Source: a virus. Taken from it: a stretch of 64,000 bases of DNA. Below the pieces are notes generated by a model. That model worked only from the letters and a program-made list of their open reading frames with translations, was not told where the DNA came from and searched no databases. How positions within the stretch are numbered: the stretch's first letter is position 1; each line of letters opens with the position of its first letter. The translations under genes were made by a program, and so were the position numbers. Below, in pieces: positions 29,012-37,702 of the stretch. The stretch is taken from IMG/VR virus record IMGVR_UViG_3300006149_000007; one strand, written 5' to 3'.

Positions 29012-29256
29012 CCATGAATCCTATGATGGCAATGATTGGACAGATGATGAAAGGTGGAATTAACCCACAAAATATGATGAAACAAATGATGAATAACAAT
29101 CAGATAATGAGCAATCCAATGGGAAAGAACATTATGGAAATGGCGCAGAGTGGAAACATATCTGGCATTGAACAGCTTGGAAGAAATATTGCAAAGGAAA
29201 GGGGAATTGACTTCGACAAAGCATTTTCGGAGTTTAAAAGCCAATTCCCGCAATAA
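29008..29256 (+). CDS. Met/Asn-rich small protein
   Basis: MTMNPMMAMIGQMMKGGINPQNMMKQMMNNNQIMSNPMGKNIMEM... Confidence 0.5.
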   Translation: MTMNPMMAMIGQMMKGGINPQNMMKQMMNNNQIMSNPMGKNIMEMAQSGNISGIEQLGRNIAKERGIDFDKAFSEFKSQFPQ

Positions 29257-29258
29257 GG

Positions 29259-30083
29259 CTATTTGTGTACTTTTTCCGTAAAGGCTCTTTCAACAGACCA
29301 TCCTTTTCTTAATCGGTTATGGAGAACATCCCAACTCATATCAAGAATGTCAGACCATTCTTTTAATGTTTTGGTTTCTCCATGATATTCAATCAAAAGA
29401 TTGCTTGATTTGTTTATGGATTGTTCTGCTTGAGTAGCCCACCGACAGTTAGATGGTTCATAGTTACCGTCATTGTCGATACGGTCAATGGTATATCCGT
29501 CAGGACGACCGCCTATGCCTTCAGACCATTTTGCAAAACTCCAAAAATCGTGCCATTCCTTACATACGGTTATTCCACGATTTCCATAAAGGTAATACTT
29601 TGGGTGATTTGGATTCTCACAACGACCAATCATATTTTTCCAAAGACCGTAAAGCGGATGTAGCGTTCTGCCGTCTATATATGCTGGACTGTTTTTCAGC
29701 AAGCAACCGCAACTTTTTAACTTTCCGTTTTTGAATTGGTACGGAAGAATGCGAATAGTGTTTCCACATTCGCAAAGGCAGTCAATATACTGCCGTTTAT
29801 CGCTTGGTTTTCTTTCTGAAAAACCTATGGCAGTAAGTAGATAAGACTTTTTGCCTATGAAATCTTCAATTTTAACTTTTATAGGCTGTTTGTTTGAAAA
29901 AGAACAATTACCGCAAGACTTTTGAAGACCTCTTATTACTCTATCAGGAGCATAAGAAACGATTTTACCGCAATCGCATTGAAAATCAAAAGCATTTGGA
30001 ATGTCTGAATTTTCAGACTGCTTAACAACAGTGAGATAACCATACCGTTTTCCGGTATAGTCAGAAATATGGTATTTGAGCAT
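29259..30083 (-). CDS. zinc-ribbon-repeat HNH-like homing-endonuclease-type protein (paralog 1)
   Basis: Two G.R.G.L.V...C.CGN....SCG modules, then YGNRGITVCKEW...IDRIDNDGNYEPSNCRWATQAEQSINK. Confidence 0.55.
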   Translation of the reverse strand: MLKYHISDYTGKRYGYLTVVKQSENSDIPNAFDFQCDCGKIVSYAPDRVIRGLQKSCGNCSFSNKQPIKVKIEDFIGKKSYLLTAIGFSERKPSDKRQYIDCLCECGNTIRILPYQFKNGKLKSCGCLLKNSPAYIDGRTLHPLYGLWKNMIGRCENPNHPKYYLYGNRGITVCKEWHDFWSFAKWSEGIGGRPDGYTIDRIDNDGNYEPSNCRWATQAEQSINKSSNLLIEYHGETKTLKEWSDILDMSWDVLHNRLRKGWSVERAFTEKVHK

Positions 30084-30306
30084 AAAAACAACACCGTCCT
30101 TTCAGTGTAAAAAGTCCTTTTTCGTTAAGTGCGGAAACCATTAAGGACTTATGGCTTTCGGGTCGCGATTCCCTATCCGCACATAAATATTATATCACAA
30201 ATCATAGATAAAATCAATAATTTTCATAAGTTAGCATATTAGAGGTTGCGCGCATAATACCTAGGTTCCTCTTTATGAAATATATCCATAAAGGAGGAAA
30301 ACTAAT

Positions 30307-31200
30307 ATGTTTAGTAGTGGAAATTGTGGTGTGCCTATCACAATGAATGTAGAACCTGCCGGGTCAAACTGCAATAACGGTAACGGAATGTGGGGCGGCG
30401 ATGGTGCATGGTGGATTGTGATTTTTGTTCTCTTTTTCGCTTTTGGAGGCTGGGGCAATAACGGATGGGGTGGCAACGGCGGAAACGGCGGTGCAGTACC
30501 TTATGTGGTTGGAAACAGCTACACAGACGCTTCCATTCAGCGTGGATTTGACACGCAGGCAATCCTTGGCAAGTTAGACGGTATCAACGGCGGCTTGTGT
30601 GATGGATTCTATGCGGTAAACACTTCAATCCTTAATGCACAGAGCGGTATCCAGAACAGCTTGTGTCAGGGCTTCAACAGTGTGAACACAAACATCATGC
30701 AGGGTAACTTCGGGTTACAGCAGGCTATCAACAATGCGGCTGTAGCGAATATGCAGGGGCAGAACGCTTTGCAGGCACAGTTATCTGACTGCTGCTGCAC
30801 AACACAGAGAGCCATTGACGGTGTAAACTACAACATGGCTACAAACACCTGTTCGATTACAAATCAGATGAACAACAACACGAGAGATATTATTGATTCA
30901 CAGAACGCAGGAACTCGTGCTATCCTTGACTATCTGTGTCAGGATAAAATCGCAACCTTGCAGGCAGAGAACCAGAGCCTTAAACTGGCGGCTTCGCAGG
31001 CAGACCAGAACAACTTCATTGCGGCGAATCAGAGCGCACAGACAGCGGAGATTATTCGCAGACTTGGTGCAGACTGTCCTCAGCCGGCATATGTTGTTCA
31101 GCCTCCGCAGCCTGTCACATTCCCGACTAATTGTTGCGGTGGCGTAAATTACGCCGGATATGGCAATAACGGCTGTGGCTGTAACAGCGGTTGTTGCTAA
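30307..31200 (+). CDS. Gly/Asn/Trp-rich membrane-anchored protein with an Asn/Gln repeat region and a Cys-rich C-terminus
   Basis: YjcZ-like GDGAWWIVIFVLFFAFGGWGNNGWGGNGGNGG. Repeats of the L/I..Q.G.Q..LCQGF..VN type. C-terminus CCGGVNYAGYGNNGCGCNSGCC. Confidence 0.6.
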   Translation: MFSSGNCGVPITMNVEPAGSNCNNGNGMWGGDGAWWIVIFVLFFAFGGWGNNGWGGNGGNGGAVPYVVGNSYTDASIQRGFDTQAILGKLDGINGGLCDGFYAVNTSILNAQSGIQNSLCQGFNSVNTNIMQGNFGLQQAINNAAVANMQGQNALQAQLSDCCCTTQRAIDGVNYNMATNTCSITNQMNNNTRDIIDSQNAGTRAILDYLCQDKIATLQAENQSLKLAASQADQNNFIAANQSAQTAEIIRRLGADCPQPAYVVQPPQPVTFPTNCCGGVNYAGYGNNGCGCNSGCC

Positions 31201-31406
31201 TGTACGGTAACGGCAGGCAATGGTCTTTGATAGATATGCTCACGATGTTTGACACTTTCCTGCAAATGGCTGACTTTCAGATGAATGTTCAGCAGTCATC
31301 AAATGACGACATTATGCGGGAACTTGGCAGGCAGAACGAGAAGTATCTTGAGAAGATTATTGCAAATCAGGAAGAAATCTTGAAAAAACTCGCCGATTTA
31401 GGCTGA
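31200..31406 (+). CDS. hypothetical small coiled-coil protein
   Basis: The ATG overlaps the upstream TAA (taATG), which suggests translational coupling. Confidence 0.45.
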   Translation: MYGNGRQWSLIDMLTMFDTFLQMADFQMNVQQSSNDDIMRELGRQNEKYLEKIIANQEEILKKLADLG

Positions 31407-31537
31407 TTATTCCCCATTTATGGGTTGATTATAAGCAAAGGGCGAGATGTAACAGTCTTGCCCCTTTTGCGTTGCACATTGAAAACTGAATATTGGCTGG
31501 TAATTTGTGCGTTTCATAAAAACTTTGTAAAAACCTC

Positions 31538-31566
31538 TTGACACTTATACGTCAATGACGTATAAT
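31538..31566 (+). promoter_or_regulatory. Consensus sigma-A promoter with a palindromic operator in the spacer
   Basis: TTGACA, 17 nt, TATAAT. The spacer contains ATACGTCA-a-TGACGTAT. Confidence 0.7.
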
Positions 31567-31600
31567 AGACACAACAAAAGAAGTTAAGGAGGTTTTTGAT

Positions 31601-32776
31601 ATGGGTAAAATATATGAAGTTTTTGAGGGAAACATGGAAAGACTTGAAAAGAAACTGACAAGGATTTCTAACAAGTGCAAAAAGTACAGTTGCGATTTCA
31701 GATATGAGAAAGTCGGAGAAGCTTTCCGCAAGATGAAAGATGATAATGGCAAAGAGTATACTGCGAGATTTGTTCAGATTGAGGCAGAAGGAACAGCAAT
31801 TATCAACGATTGGCGGTTTATCGCAAGTGTTGAGCATACAGAGAACGGAAACATTATTAAGAAATGCTGTTATGATGTGGAAGTTCCTGAAAAATACTAC
31901 GAAAGCAAGCCGATATGTGAACATTGCGGTAGCAACCGTTACAGAAAGAATACCTACATTGTTCAGAACGTGCAGACAGGAGAATTTAAGCAAGTAGGAA
32001 AGTCTTGCTTAACAGATTTTACAAACGGAATGAGTGCGGAGTATGTGGCACATTATATAAGCCTTTTCGATACTCTTATCGAGGGAGAATATATTGAACC
32101 GGGATATAGAGCAAAGAATTATATCGAGATAGGCGAGGCGCTAAGATATGTTGCTGAAACCACAAGGCATTTCGGATATGTAAAAACGGACGGAGAAAGA
32201 CCTACGAAGTACAGAGCAAGAGATTATTACGAAGCAGACCACGGAATGGCAGGATTTTTACAAGAAGAATTTGAAAAAGAAATGTGGGAAGTTTCTTTTG
32301 ACGCTAATTCTGATTATGCAAAAGAGATTTCTGCAAATGCTCTTGAATGGGTTTTAAGGCAGGAAGCAAACACCGAGTATATGCACAATCTGAAAACAGT
32401 GTGCAGTGCAAGTCATGTGACTTTTGAAAATTTTGGAATACTCACAAGTCTTATCCCGTCATACAACAGAGCAATGGAAAGAGAACAGAGGATAGAGGCG
32501 GAAAGAAGCGCTGATATGAAGTCAGAGCATATCGGGAAGGTCGGAGACAGAATTACAATCCTTATATCTGATTACAGAGTTATTACAAGTTGGGAAACAC
32601 AGTATGGGGTAACTGCAATCTATAAGATAACGGACGAAAGTGGAAATGTGTTTACATGGAAAACAAGTGGCTGTATAGTAGAAGATACAAAGAAGATTTC
32701 CGCAACTGTAAAATCTCATAACGAGTACAGTGGAACGAAGCAGACGGAAATTACAAGATGCAGAGTGGTATCTTGA
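31601..32776 (+). CDS. hypothetical 391-aa protein with a zinc ribbon and a C-terminal OB-like domain
   Basis: AAGGAGG SD. CEHCGSNRYRK...VGKSCL. C-terminus IGKVGDRITILISDYRVITSWETQYGVTAIYKITDESGNVFTWKTS. Confidence 0.6.
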   Translation: MGKIYEVFEGNMERLEKKLTRISNKCKKYSCDFRYEKVGEAFRKMKDDNGKEYTARFVQIEAEGTAIINDWRFIASVEHTENGNIIKKCCYDVEVPEKYYESKPICEHCGSNRYRKNTYIVQNVQTGEFKQVGKSCLTDFTNGMSAEYVAHYISLFDTLIEGEYIEPGYRAKNYIEIGEALRYVAETTRHFGYVKTDGERPTKYRARDYYEADHGMAGFLQEEFEKEMWEVSFDANSDYAKEISANALEWVLRQEANTEYMHNLKTVCSASHVTFENFGILTSLIPSYNRAMEREQRIEAERSADMKSEHIGKVGDRITILISDYRVITSWETQYGVTAIYKITDESGNVFTWKTSGCIVEDTKKISATVKSHNEYSGTKQTEITRCRVVS

Positions 32777-32793
32777 TGATACGGAGGACTGAC

Positions 32794-32967
32794 ATGACAA
32801 TACAAGAATTGAGGTCAAAAACAGGCTTATCACAATCAAAATTCGCTGAATATTTCGGCTTGCCACTACGGACAGTGCAAGAATGGGAGCAAGGCAGGCG
32901 GAAACCGCCAGACTACATACCGAAACTTTTAGAACGAATATGGAATTTAGAAACTACCAGCCAATAG
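32794..32967 (+). CDS. XRE-family HTH protein (57 aa)
   Basis: MTIQELRSKTGLSQSKFAEYFGLPLRTVQEWEQGRRKPP. An ACGGAGG SD precedes the start. Confidence 0.7.
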   Translation: MTIQELRSKTGLSQSKFAEYFGLPLRTVQEWEQGRRKPPDYIPKLLERIWNLETTSQ

Positions 32968-32986
32968 GAGGTTGGTAGTTTTTTAT
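32953..32986 (+). terminator. rho-independent terminator
   Basis: ACTACCA..TGGTAGT stem followed by TTTTTT. Confidence 0.7.
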
Positions 32987-33010
32987 TTGGAATAATGGAG
33001 GTTAAAATAT

Positions 33011-33415
33011 ATGGCTTGTAAAAATACTTGTCGTTTATGCGACAAATTGATTATCTCGACCGCAGTAACCTTTACAGCCGGAACAGGTCTTGTGATTACA
33101 ATTCCGGCAGGAAGTTACAACGACGGATGCAAATACTGTATTGTTGTAGGTCAGAACATTCCGGCAGAAACAACGATTACCGCGCCTGTATTTATTCAGG
33201 TTGGTACGGGAGCAGTGCTTTATCAACTTACACAGCCTTGCTGTGACCAAGTAACGGCTTGCGGAATTAAAACCCGAACAAAGTATTGTACAAGAGTGCA
33301 TACAAGCGGCGATACTGGCACATTCAGGCTCTTAGAGAGGGTTTGCTGTGTAACTGACAACTTGAGAGCGTTAAACGGTGACGGTACACCTGTAACGCCG
33401 ACACCGGGAGCATAA
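33011..33415 (+). CDS. Cys-rich beta-strand-rich small protein (134 aa)
   Basis: MACKNTCRLCDK..., PCCDQVTACG, RVCCVTD. T/V/I/G-rich. A GGAGGT SD precedes the start. Confidence 0.55.
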   Translation: MACKNTCRLCDKLIISTAVTFTAGTGLVITIPAGSYNDGCKYCIVVGQNIPAETTITAPVFIQVGTGAVLYQLTQPCCDQVTACGIKTRTKYCTRVHTSGDTGTFRLLERVCCVTDNLRALNGDGTPVTPTPGA

Positions 33416-33432
33416 GGAAAGGAGGAATTAAC

Positions 33433-34299
33433 GTGGATACGAAACACATTCATTGTATGCTTGAAAAGATTGCCGAGTACGGCAAACAGATGATGGAAGA
33501 AGCAGTAGGAGCAGGGAATGTCAACCTTGAAATGGCAGGAAAGATTGTCGACATGGTCAAGGATTTGGCTTGCGCTGAAAAAGACGCTCTGATTGCCAAA
33601 GAAATGCGGAAAGCACATGAAGATGAAGAAGCAGAAGAAAAATACATGATGAAGATGCTGAAAGAGGAAAACAAAGACGAATACAAAGAGATGAAAGAAC
33701 AGTACGGAGATGAAGCTGACAGGCGTTTTTATGATAGTTGGAGACACGCAGACGGTTCATTCGCAAGGAAAGGAACGGGCGAATATCGACCGAGAAGTTA
33801 TTATAGGCGCAGAGGATATGCAGAGCCTATGTATCATATGCCCTTAGATATGTACCATGACTATACACCAGAAGAACTCCGAGATATGGATAAGGAGAGC
33901 AGGGGCGTTATGTATTTCAGTTCCCCTATGAGTGGAAACATGAGCGGAGGAAATGCTTCTGGAAACAGTGGAAACTCTGGAAATTCTTCTGATGGAGGTA
34001 CAAGGTCATACACAGATGGGTACAACGACGGAAGCCGCCGAGGATATGAAGAAGGAATGAGAGACGGAAGAAATCAAGGTGGAAATTCCCGTTATGAAAG
34101 AGCAAAGAGAGGATATGAAGAAACAAAGGAAAAGCACAAGGGTAATACGCCAGAAGACAAGCAATTAACCATGCGTGAGGCTGAAAAAGTGTTAAATGTC
34201 GTTTTTGACGAGATTGACGAAATGCTTCAAGACGCTACACCAGAAATGAAAAATATGGTTAAGACTAAGACCATGACGAGAATGCAGAAGATACAGTAA
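33433..34299 (+). CDS. hypothetical charged / low-complexity protein (288 aa)
   Basis: GTG follows AAAGGAGGA. E/K/M-rich N-terminus. GN(S/M)SG repeats and repeated RRGYEEG / KRGYEET motifs. Confidence 0.55.
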   Translation: MDTKHIHCMLEKIAEYGKQMMEEAVGAGNVNLEMAGKIVDMVKDLACAEKDALIAKEMRKAHEDEEAEEKYMMKMLKEENKDEYKEMKEQYGDEADRRFYDSWRHADGSFARKGTGEYRPRSYYRRRGYAEPMYHMPLDMYHDYTPEELRDMDKESRGVMYFSSPMSGNMSGGNASGNSGNSGNSSDGGTRSYTDGYNDGSRRGYEEGMRDGRNQGGNSRYERAKRGYEETKEKHKGNTPEDKQLTMREAEKVLNVVFDEIDEMLQDATPEMKNMVKTKTMTRMQKIQ

Positions 34300-34318
34300 A
34301 AATCGGAGAGGGGGAAAT

Positions 34319-34480
34319 TTACTTTTCCCCTCTTTTAGAAATGTATTCCACAATAGCCGCCTCAACGATTTTGCTAATCGGTATCATGGTTTGTTTGGAG
34401 TAATCCTTTAACATTTTATCGACTTCTGGCGGCAATGTAGAAGAAAACCGTACTTTGTTTTTGAGAGTATCGCTTGCCAT
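34319..34480 (-). CDS. ribbon-helix-helix (CopG-like) protein, 53 aa
   Basis: MASDTLKNKVRFSSTLPPEVDKMLKDYSKQTMIPISKIVEAAIVEYISKRGEK. An AAAGGCGG SD precedes the start. It falls below the ORF-track cutoff. Confidence 0.6.
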   Translation of the reverse strand: MASDTLKNKVRFSSTLPPEVDKMLKDYSKQTMIPISKIVEAAIVEYISKRGEK

Positions 34481-34529
34481 AGGTAAACCGCCTTTCTTTA
34501 TTGTTATTTAATCTTAATTCATTTTTTGC

Positions 34530-34558
34530 TTGAAGTCAAGTGAAATAAATGTTATAAT
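34530..34558 (+). promoter_or_regulatory. sigma-A promoter (TTGAAG, 17 nt, TGtTATAAT) flanked by TTAATCTTAA / TTAAGATTA inverted repeats
   Basis: Read directly from the sequence. It lies between the RHH gene and HNH-like paralog 2. Confidence 0.55.
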
Positions 34559-34594
34559 ATTAAATAAGATTAAGTAATATATGGAGGCGGTTTT

Positions 34595-35455
34595 ATGGCA
34601 AAAGCTATTGACTTAACAGGGCAGAAGTTTGGCAGATTAACTGTTGTTTCAAGGGCAGAAAACAGAAACGGAAAAATAATATGGCATTGTAAATGCGACT
34701 GTGGAAATGAAAAAGATGTTATATATGATAATCTAAAACGAGGAAGAACGCAAAGTTGTGGCTGTGTGCAAAAAGAGATAGCAAGTAATTTATGCAAAAA
34801 TTTATCGAAAACACAAAGACCATATGAGGATTTGACTGGAAGAAGATTTGGGAAACTTATTGTTGTTAAAAGAAATAAAAATATAAAATCAAATCACATT
34901 CATTGGGATTGCAAATGCGATTGCGGGAATATAACTACCGTTTCAGCTACACATCTTAGAAGCGGTCATACAAAATCGTGTGGTTGCTATCGTATCGATT
35001 TTGAGCCAGAAGTTAAAAAACATGGTATGTCTGACACGAGGCTTTATAAGATTTGGCAAGGAATGAAAGGTAGGTGTTGTAGAGCTTCAGAGCCTACTTA
35101 TAAATGGTATGGCGGCAGAGGGATAGTGGTATGTGAAGAATGGCTACATAACTTTCAAGCGTTCTACGATTGGGCTATTTCTAATGGATATGCCGATAAT
35201 TTGACAATCGAGAGAAAAGATGTGAATGGCGATTATTGCCCCGAAAACTGTTGTTGGATACCATTAAAGAAACAGGCTCAAAACACAAGGGCAACTAGGT
35301 TTTTGACTTATAACGGAGAGCGCAAGTCCTTAACTGAATGGTCTGAAATTACGGGCATAAAAAGCGGAACTTTGCACGGAAGGCTTGAAAGAGGATGGTC
35401 TGATGAAAAGTGCATAGAAACCCCAGTGAATAAGAAATATAGGAACAAAAATTGA
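34595..35455 (+). CDS. zinc-ribbon-repeat HNH-like protein (paralog 2)
   Basis: GQKFGRLTVV..WHCKCDCGN..SCGC occurs twice, then YGGRGIVVCEEW...IERKDVNGDYCPENCCWIPLKKQAQN. Confidence 0.55.
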   Translation: MAKAIDLTGQKFGRLTVVSRAENRNGKIIWHCKCDCGNEKDVIYDNLKRGRTQSCGCVQKEIASNLCKNLSKTQRPYEDLTGRRFGKLIVVKRNKNIKSNHIHWDCKCDCGNITTVSATHLRSGHTKSCGCYRIDFEPEVKKHGMSDTRLYKIWQGMKGRCCRASEPTYKWYGGRGIVVCEEWLHNFQAFYDWAISNGYADNLTIERKDVNGDYCPENCCWIPLKKQAQNTRATRFLTYNGERKSLTEWSEITGIKSGTLHGRLERGWSDEKCIETPVNKKYRNKN

Positions 35456-35469
35456 AAGAGGGTGCAAAC

Positions 35470-35790
35470 ATGACATACATAATGAACGGAATACTATGGA
35501 CTGTCCGTTTCGTGAATAGCAGTAGTCCGTTGCTTATGAGAAGCAACAATACAATGACAATCGGAATGTGCGATATAAACCGACATGAAATATGCTTGTC
35601 TGATAAGCTACATGGCGCAATGCTCCGCAAAGTGCTTATTCACGAGGTCACGCACAGCGCAATGGCAAGCTATGGCATAGAAATGAGCATAGAGCAGGAG
35701 GAGATTTTTTGTTCACTTGTATCGACATACGGCGATGAAATTTTCGGTGTTGTGGATAATCTGTTTACGATTTTAAGGAGGATAGCATAA
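35470..35790 (+). CDS. HExxH zinc metallopeptidase-like protein (SprT/ImmA-like)
   Basis: VLIHEVTHSAM motif. ATG follows AGAGGGTG. Confidence 0.55.
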   Translation: MTYIMNGILWTVRFVNSSSPLLMRSNNTMTIGMCDINRHEICLSDKLHGAMLRKVLIHEVTHSAMASYGIEMSIEQEEIFCSLVSTYGDEIFGVVDNLFTILRRIA

Positions 35791-35960
35791 TGATTGACGT
35801 TGACAAGTGTGTAAAGGAACAGGCGGAAAAGTTAGAAAATGCAACAGATGAGCAAAAACAAAATTTTATTGAAATGGCTACGCATTTTGGAAATTTCTTT
35901 AACTGTCTATGCAAACAAAGTGAAAGGGGTAAGAATGGAGAAAATAACACAGATTCTTAA
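35790..35960 (+). CDS. hypothetical small protein (56 aa)
   Basis: ATG follows AAGGAGGA (MIDVDKCVKEQAEKLENATDEQK...). Confidence 0.4.
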   Translation: MIDVDKCVKEQAEKLENATDEQKQNFIEMATHFGNFFNCLCKQSERGKNGENNTDS

Positions 35961-36154
35961 ATATGTTCAGAAAACCAATCCGACCATGACAAAGGATAAA
36001 CTGCTTGAAGAATTATCCAAGTGTTGATATTCGGCGGTTGCGCTTTGCATGGTGTGTGAGAATTATAAGAGGCTTACTTGCAATGAGTAGGCTTTTTATT
36101 GTTTTGTCAGTCATTTTATGGTAAGATAGATAAAAATAATTCGGAGGCGATTTT

Positions 36155-36469
36155 ATGATTATATACAGACCGCACAGGGGCGGATTAGCGGATGCACTTG
36201 CTCAAGCAAAGGAATTTCAAAACGAAGAGGAAATGAAAGCCTATATCTATGAGGATTGGAAGAAGCTATATATGGAATTGGGTTTTAAGTCTGCGCCGTT
36301 TGAAATTAAAGACATTGTGATTGACGGTGAAGCATTAGATGATACCCATTGCGGCTGGCACGATACGAAGTATGTCTGCGTAAAACGCATGGGGGAAGAT
36401 ATTTATGATTGCCCACAATGTATAGGAATGTGTGCAACAGATTATGAAAGAACAGAAGTGGCGGTTTAG
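36155..36469 (+). CDS. hypothetical protein
   Basis: 104-aa ORF preceded by a CGGAGG SD. Confidence 0.5.
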   Translation: MIIYRPHRGGLADALAQAKEFQNEEEMKAYIYEDWKKLYMELGFKSAPFEIKDIVIDGEALDDTHCGWHDTKYVCVKRMGEDIYDCPQCIGMCATDYERTEVAV

Positions 36470-36610
36470 TCTGTCGCTTTTATTATGTCCTATGAAAACG
36501 CTGAACGGCTCAAATTTGCCTTTAAATTGATTTGACAATATTTTATAGGGTAATAAAATAAAACGCCTTAAATCGCACAATACAACGTTTGAAATCCATC
36601 GCAAGAAAAT

Positions 36611-36640
36611 AGCCTGCGGTTGCAGGCTTAGTTTTTATTT
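36611..36640. terminator. bidirectional rho-independent terminator
   Basis: AGCCTGC-ggtt-GCAGGCT with T-rich tracts on both strands. Confidence 0.65.
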
Positions 36641-36825
36641 CTTCCTTTTTTACAATTCCGGCAACTCCAAAAACAATCATAGTCACGGTTTCCGACAATA
36701 TCCATATAATTGTTATTATATACTGCTCCGCATTCGTATTCTTTGCTGTATGCGTTGCATTCATCATCGCCCGTTCTCCATGTGTTTATAATTTTTCCCA
36801 TGTCATTACATGTAGGTTTTTCCAT
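36628..36825 (-). CDS. small Cys-rich protein (65 aa, 8 Cys)
   Basis: A GAGGAG SD lies 9 nt upstream. The gene has its own consensus promoter and its own terminator. Confidence 0.55.
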   Translation of the reverse strand: MEKPTCNDMGKIINTWRTGDDECNAYSKEYECGAVYNNNYMDIVGNRDYDCFWSCRNCKKGRNKN

Positions 36826-36857
36826 GTATATTTTCTCCTCTTTTTTGTGGTATTTTA

Positions 36858-36886
36858 ATTATAATTCCGCTGCGGGTGCGTGTCAA
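36858..36886 (-). promoter_or_regulatory. consensus sigma-A promoter (TTGACA, 17 nt, TATAAT) on the minus strand
   Basis: The reverse complement reads ccTTGACAcgcacccgcagcggaatTATAAT. Confidence 0.65.
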
Positions 36887-36894
36887 GGCGGAAA

Positions 36895-36927
36895 GGGCGG
36901 ATTATGAGGTTATTCCGCCCTTTTTTT
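36895..36927. terminator. GC-rich hairpin with T7 tract just past the 3' end of the nucleotidyltransferase gene
   Basis: GGGCGGA..TCCGCCC followed by TTTTTTT, read on the + strand. Confidence 0.5.
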
Positions 36928-36929
36928 GA

Positions 36930-37640
36930 TTATTCTTCGCCCCAAAGAATCCTTTCTGCCTCATCTTCTCCGACTCCGTTACCCTGCCAATCTGCAAGGC
37001 ACGGGGCGCTTTTGTCGGCGGAAATTATCAAGTCTGCCGCATGACTCCACCCGATTCCGTACGGAAGCGGATTCCCTACTATGTCTTTGGACGCTTGCCA
37101 ATGCAGCGGGTCTTCTGTGAGAAGTCGCTGTAATATCTTCCCGCAGTTTGTGCTATTGCAGAGCTTTTCGAATTCCGGACAATGTTCTGCTGCATTACGG
37201 AATCCCTTTAAGCCACCGTAATACTTGTCTTCATTTTTCAAATCTGAAAAATAAGAATATCTTTCCGGCAAAAGCGACAAATGCTGATTGCCACTCCCTA
37301 ATTCTTTTATCATGGATTCAAAGTCTCCATACAGCCGGAGGAACGAAGAAAACCCGCTGTTTCTCCGGTGGCATTTAACCGGACACGAACCGACCAAAAA
37401 CTCATGGGCCTTTTCGTCGCCACCCAGCACAGGGATGACCAGTTTTCCGTCCTCCATATTGGCAGGATGGATATCCAGCGGCAAAGTTTCTCCAAACTTC
37501 TCCATGCTCCACCCGTTAACAATTTCTGCCGCTTCGCTCTCTGGCATATTTGTCAAGATGTCGATGTCCCTTGGCCTATTAGCCCTTGTCGCGAAATTTC
37601 CAGTTACAGCAGAGCCGAAAATAACTAATACTTTTTCCAT
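36930..37640 (-). CDS. Pol-beta-superfamily nucleotidyltransferase with an uncharacterized C-terminal domain
   Basis: FGSAVTGNFATRANRPRDIDIL (GS...DxD) and third acidic residue LPLDIH. The gene looks locally GC-richer than its flanks by eye. Confidence 0.65.
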   Translation of the reverse strand: MEKVLVIFGSAVTGNFATRANRPRDIDILTNMPESEAAEIVNGWSMEKFGETLPLDIHPANMEDGKLVIPVLGGDEKAHEFLVGSCPVKCHRRNSGFSSFLRLYGDFESMIKELGSGNQHLSLLPERYSYFSDLKNEDKYYGGLKGFRNAAEHCPEFEKLCNSTNCGKILQRLLTEDPLHWQASKDIVGNPLPYGIGWSHAADLIISADKSAPCLADWQGNGVGEDEAERILWGEE

Positions 37641-37702
37641 ATATTTTTCTTTCTCCCCTATATCCCTGGGGGCCAGGAATTTTTAGAATTTCAGAAAATT
37701 TA

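Noticed and set aside
35839-36027. Track ORF 35839..36027 (62 aa)
   Set aside because: Its first half overlaps the better-supported 35790..35960 ORF. Only the distal 30 codons (ATG 35935 after AAAGGGG) might be translated, and that is too short to call.
36543-36767. Hydrophobic 74-aa minus-strand ORF as a type I toxin
   Set aside because: It has no SD and runs straight through the terminator hairpin at 36611-36640. It overlaps, in another frame, the better-supported Cys-rich ORF, which has an SD and a promoter.
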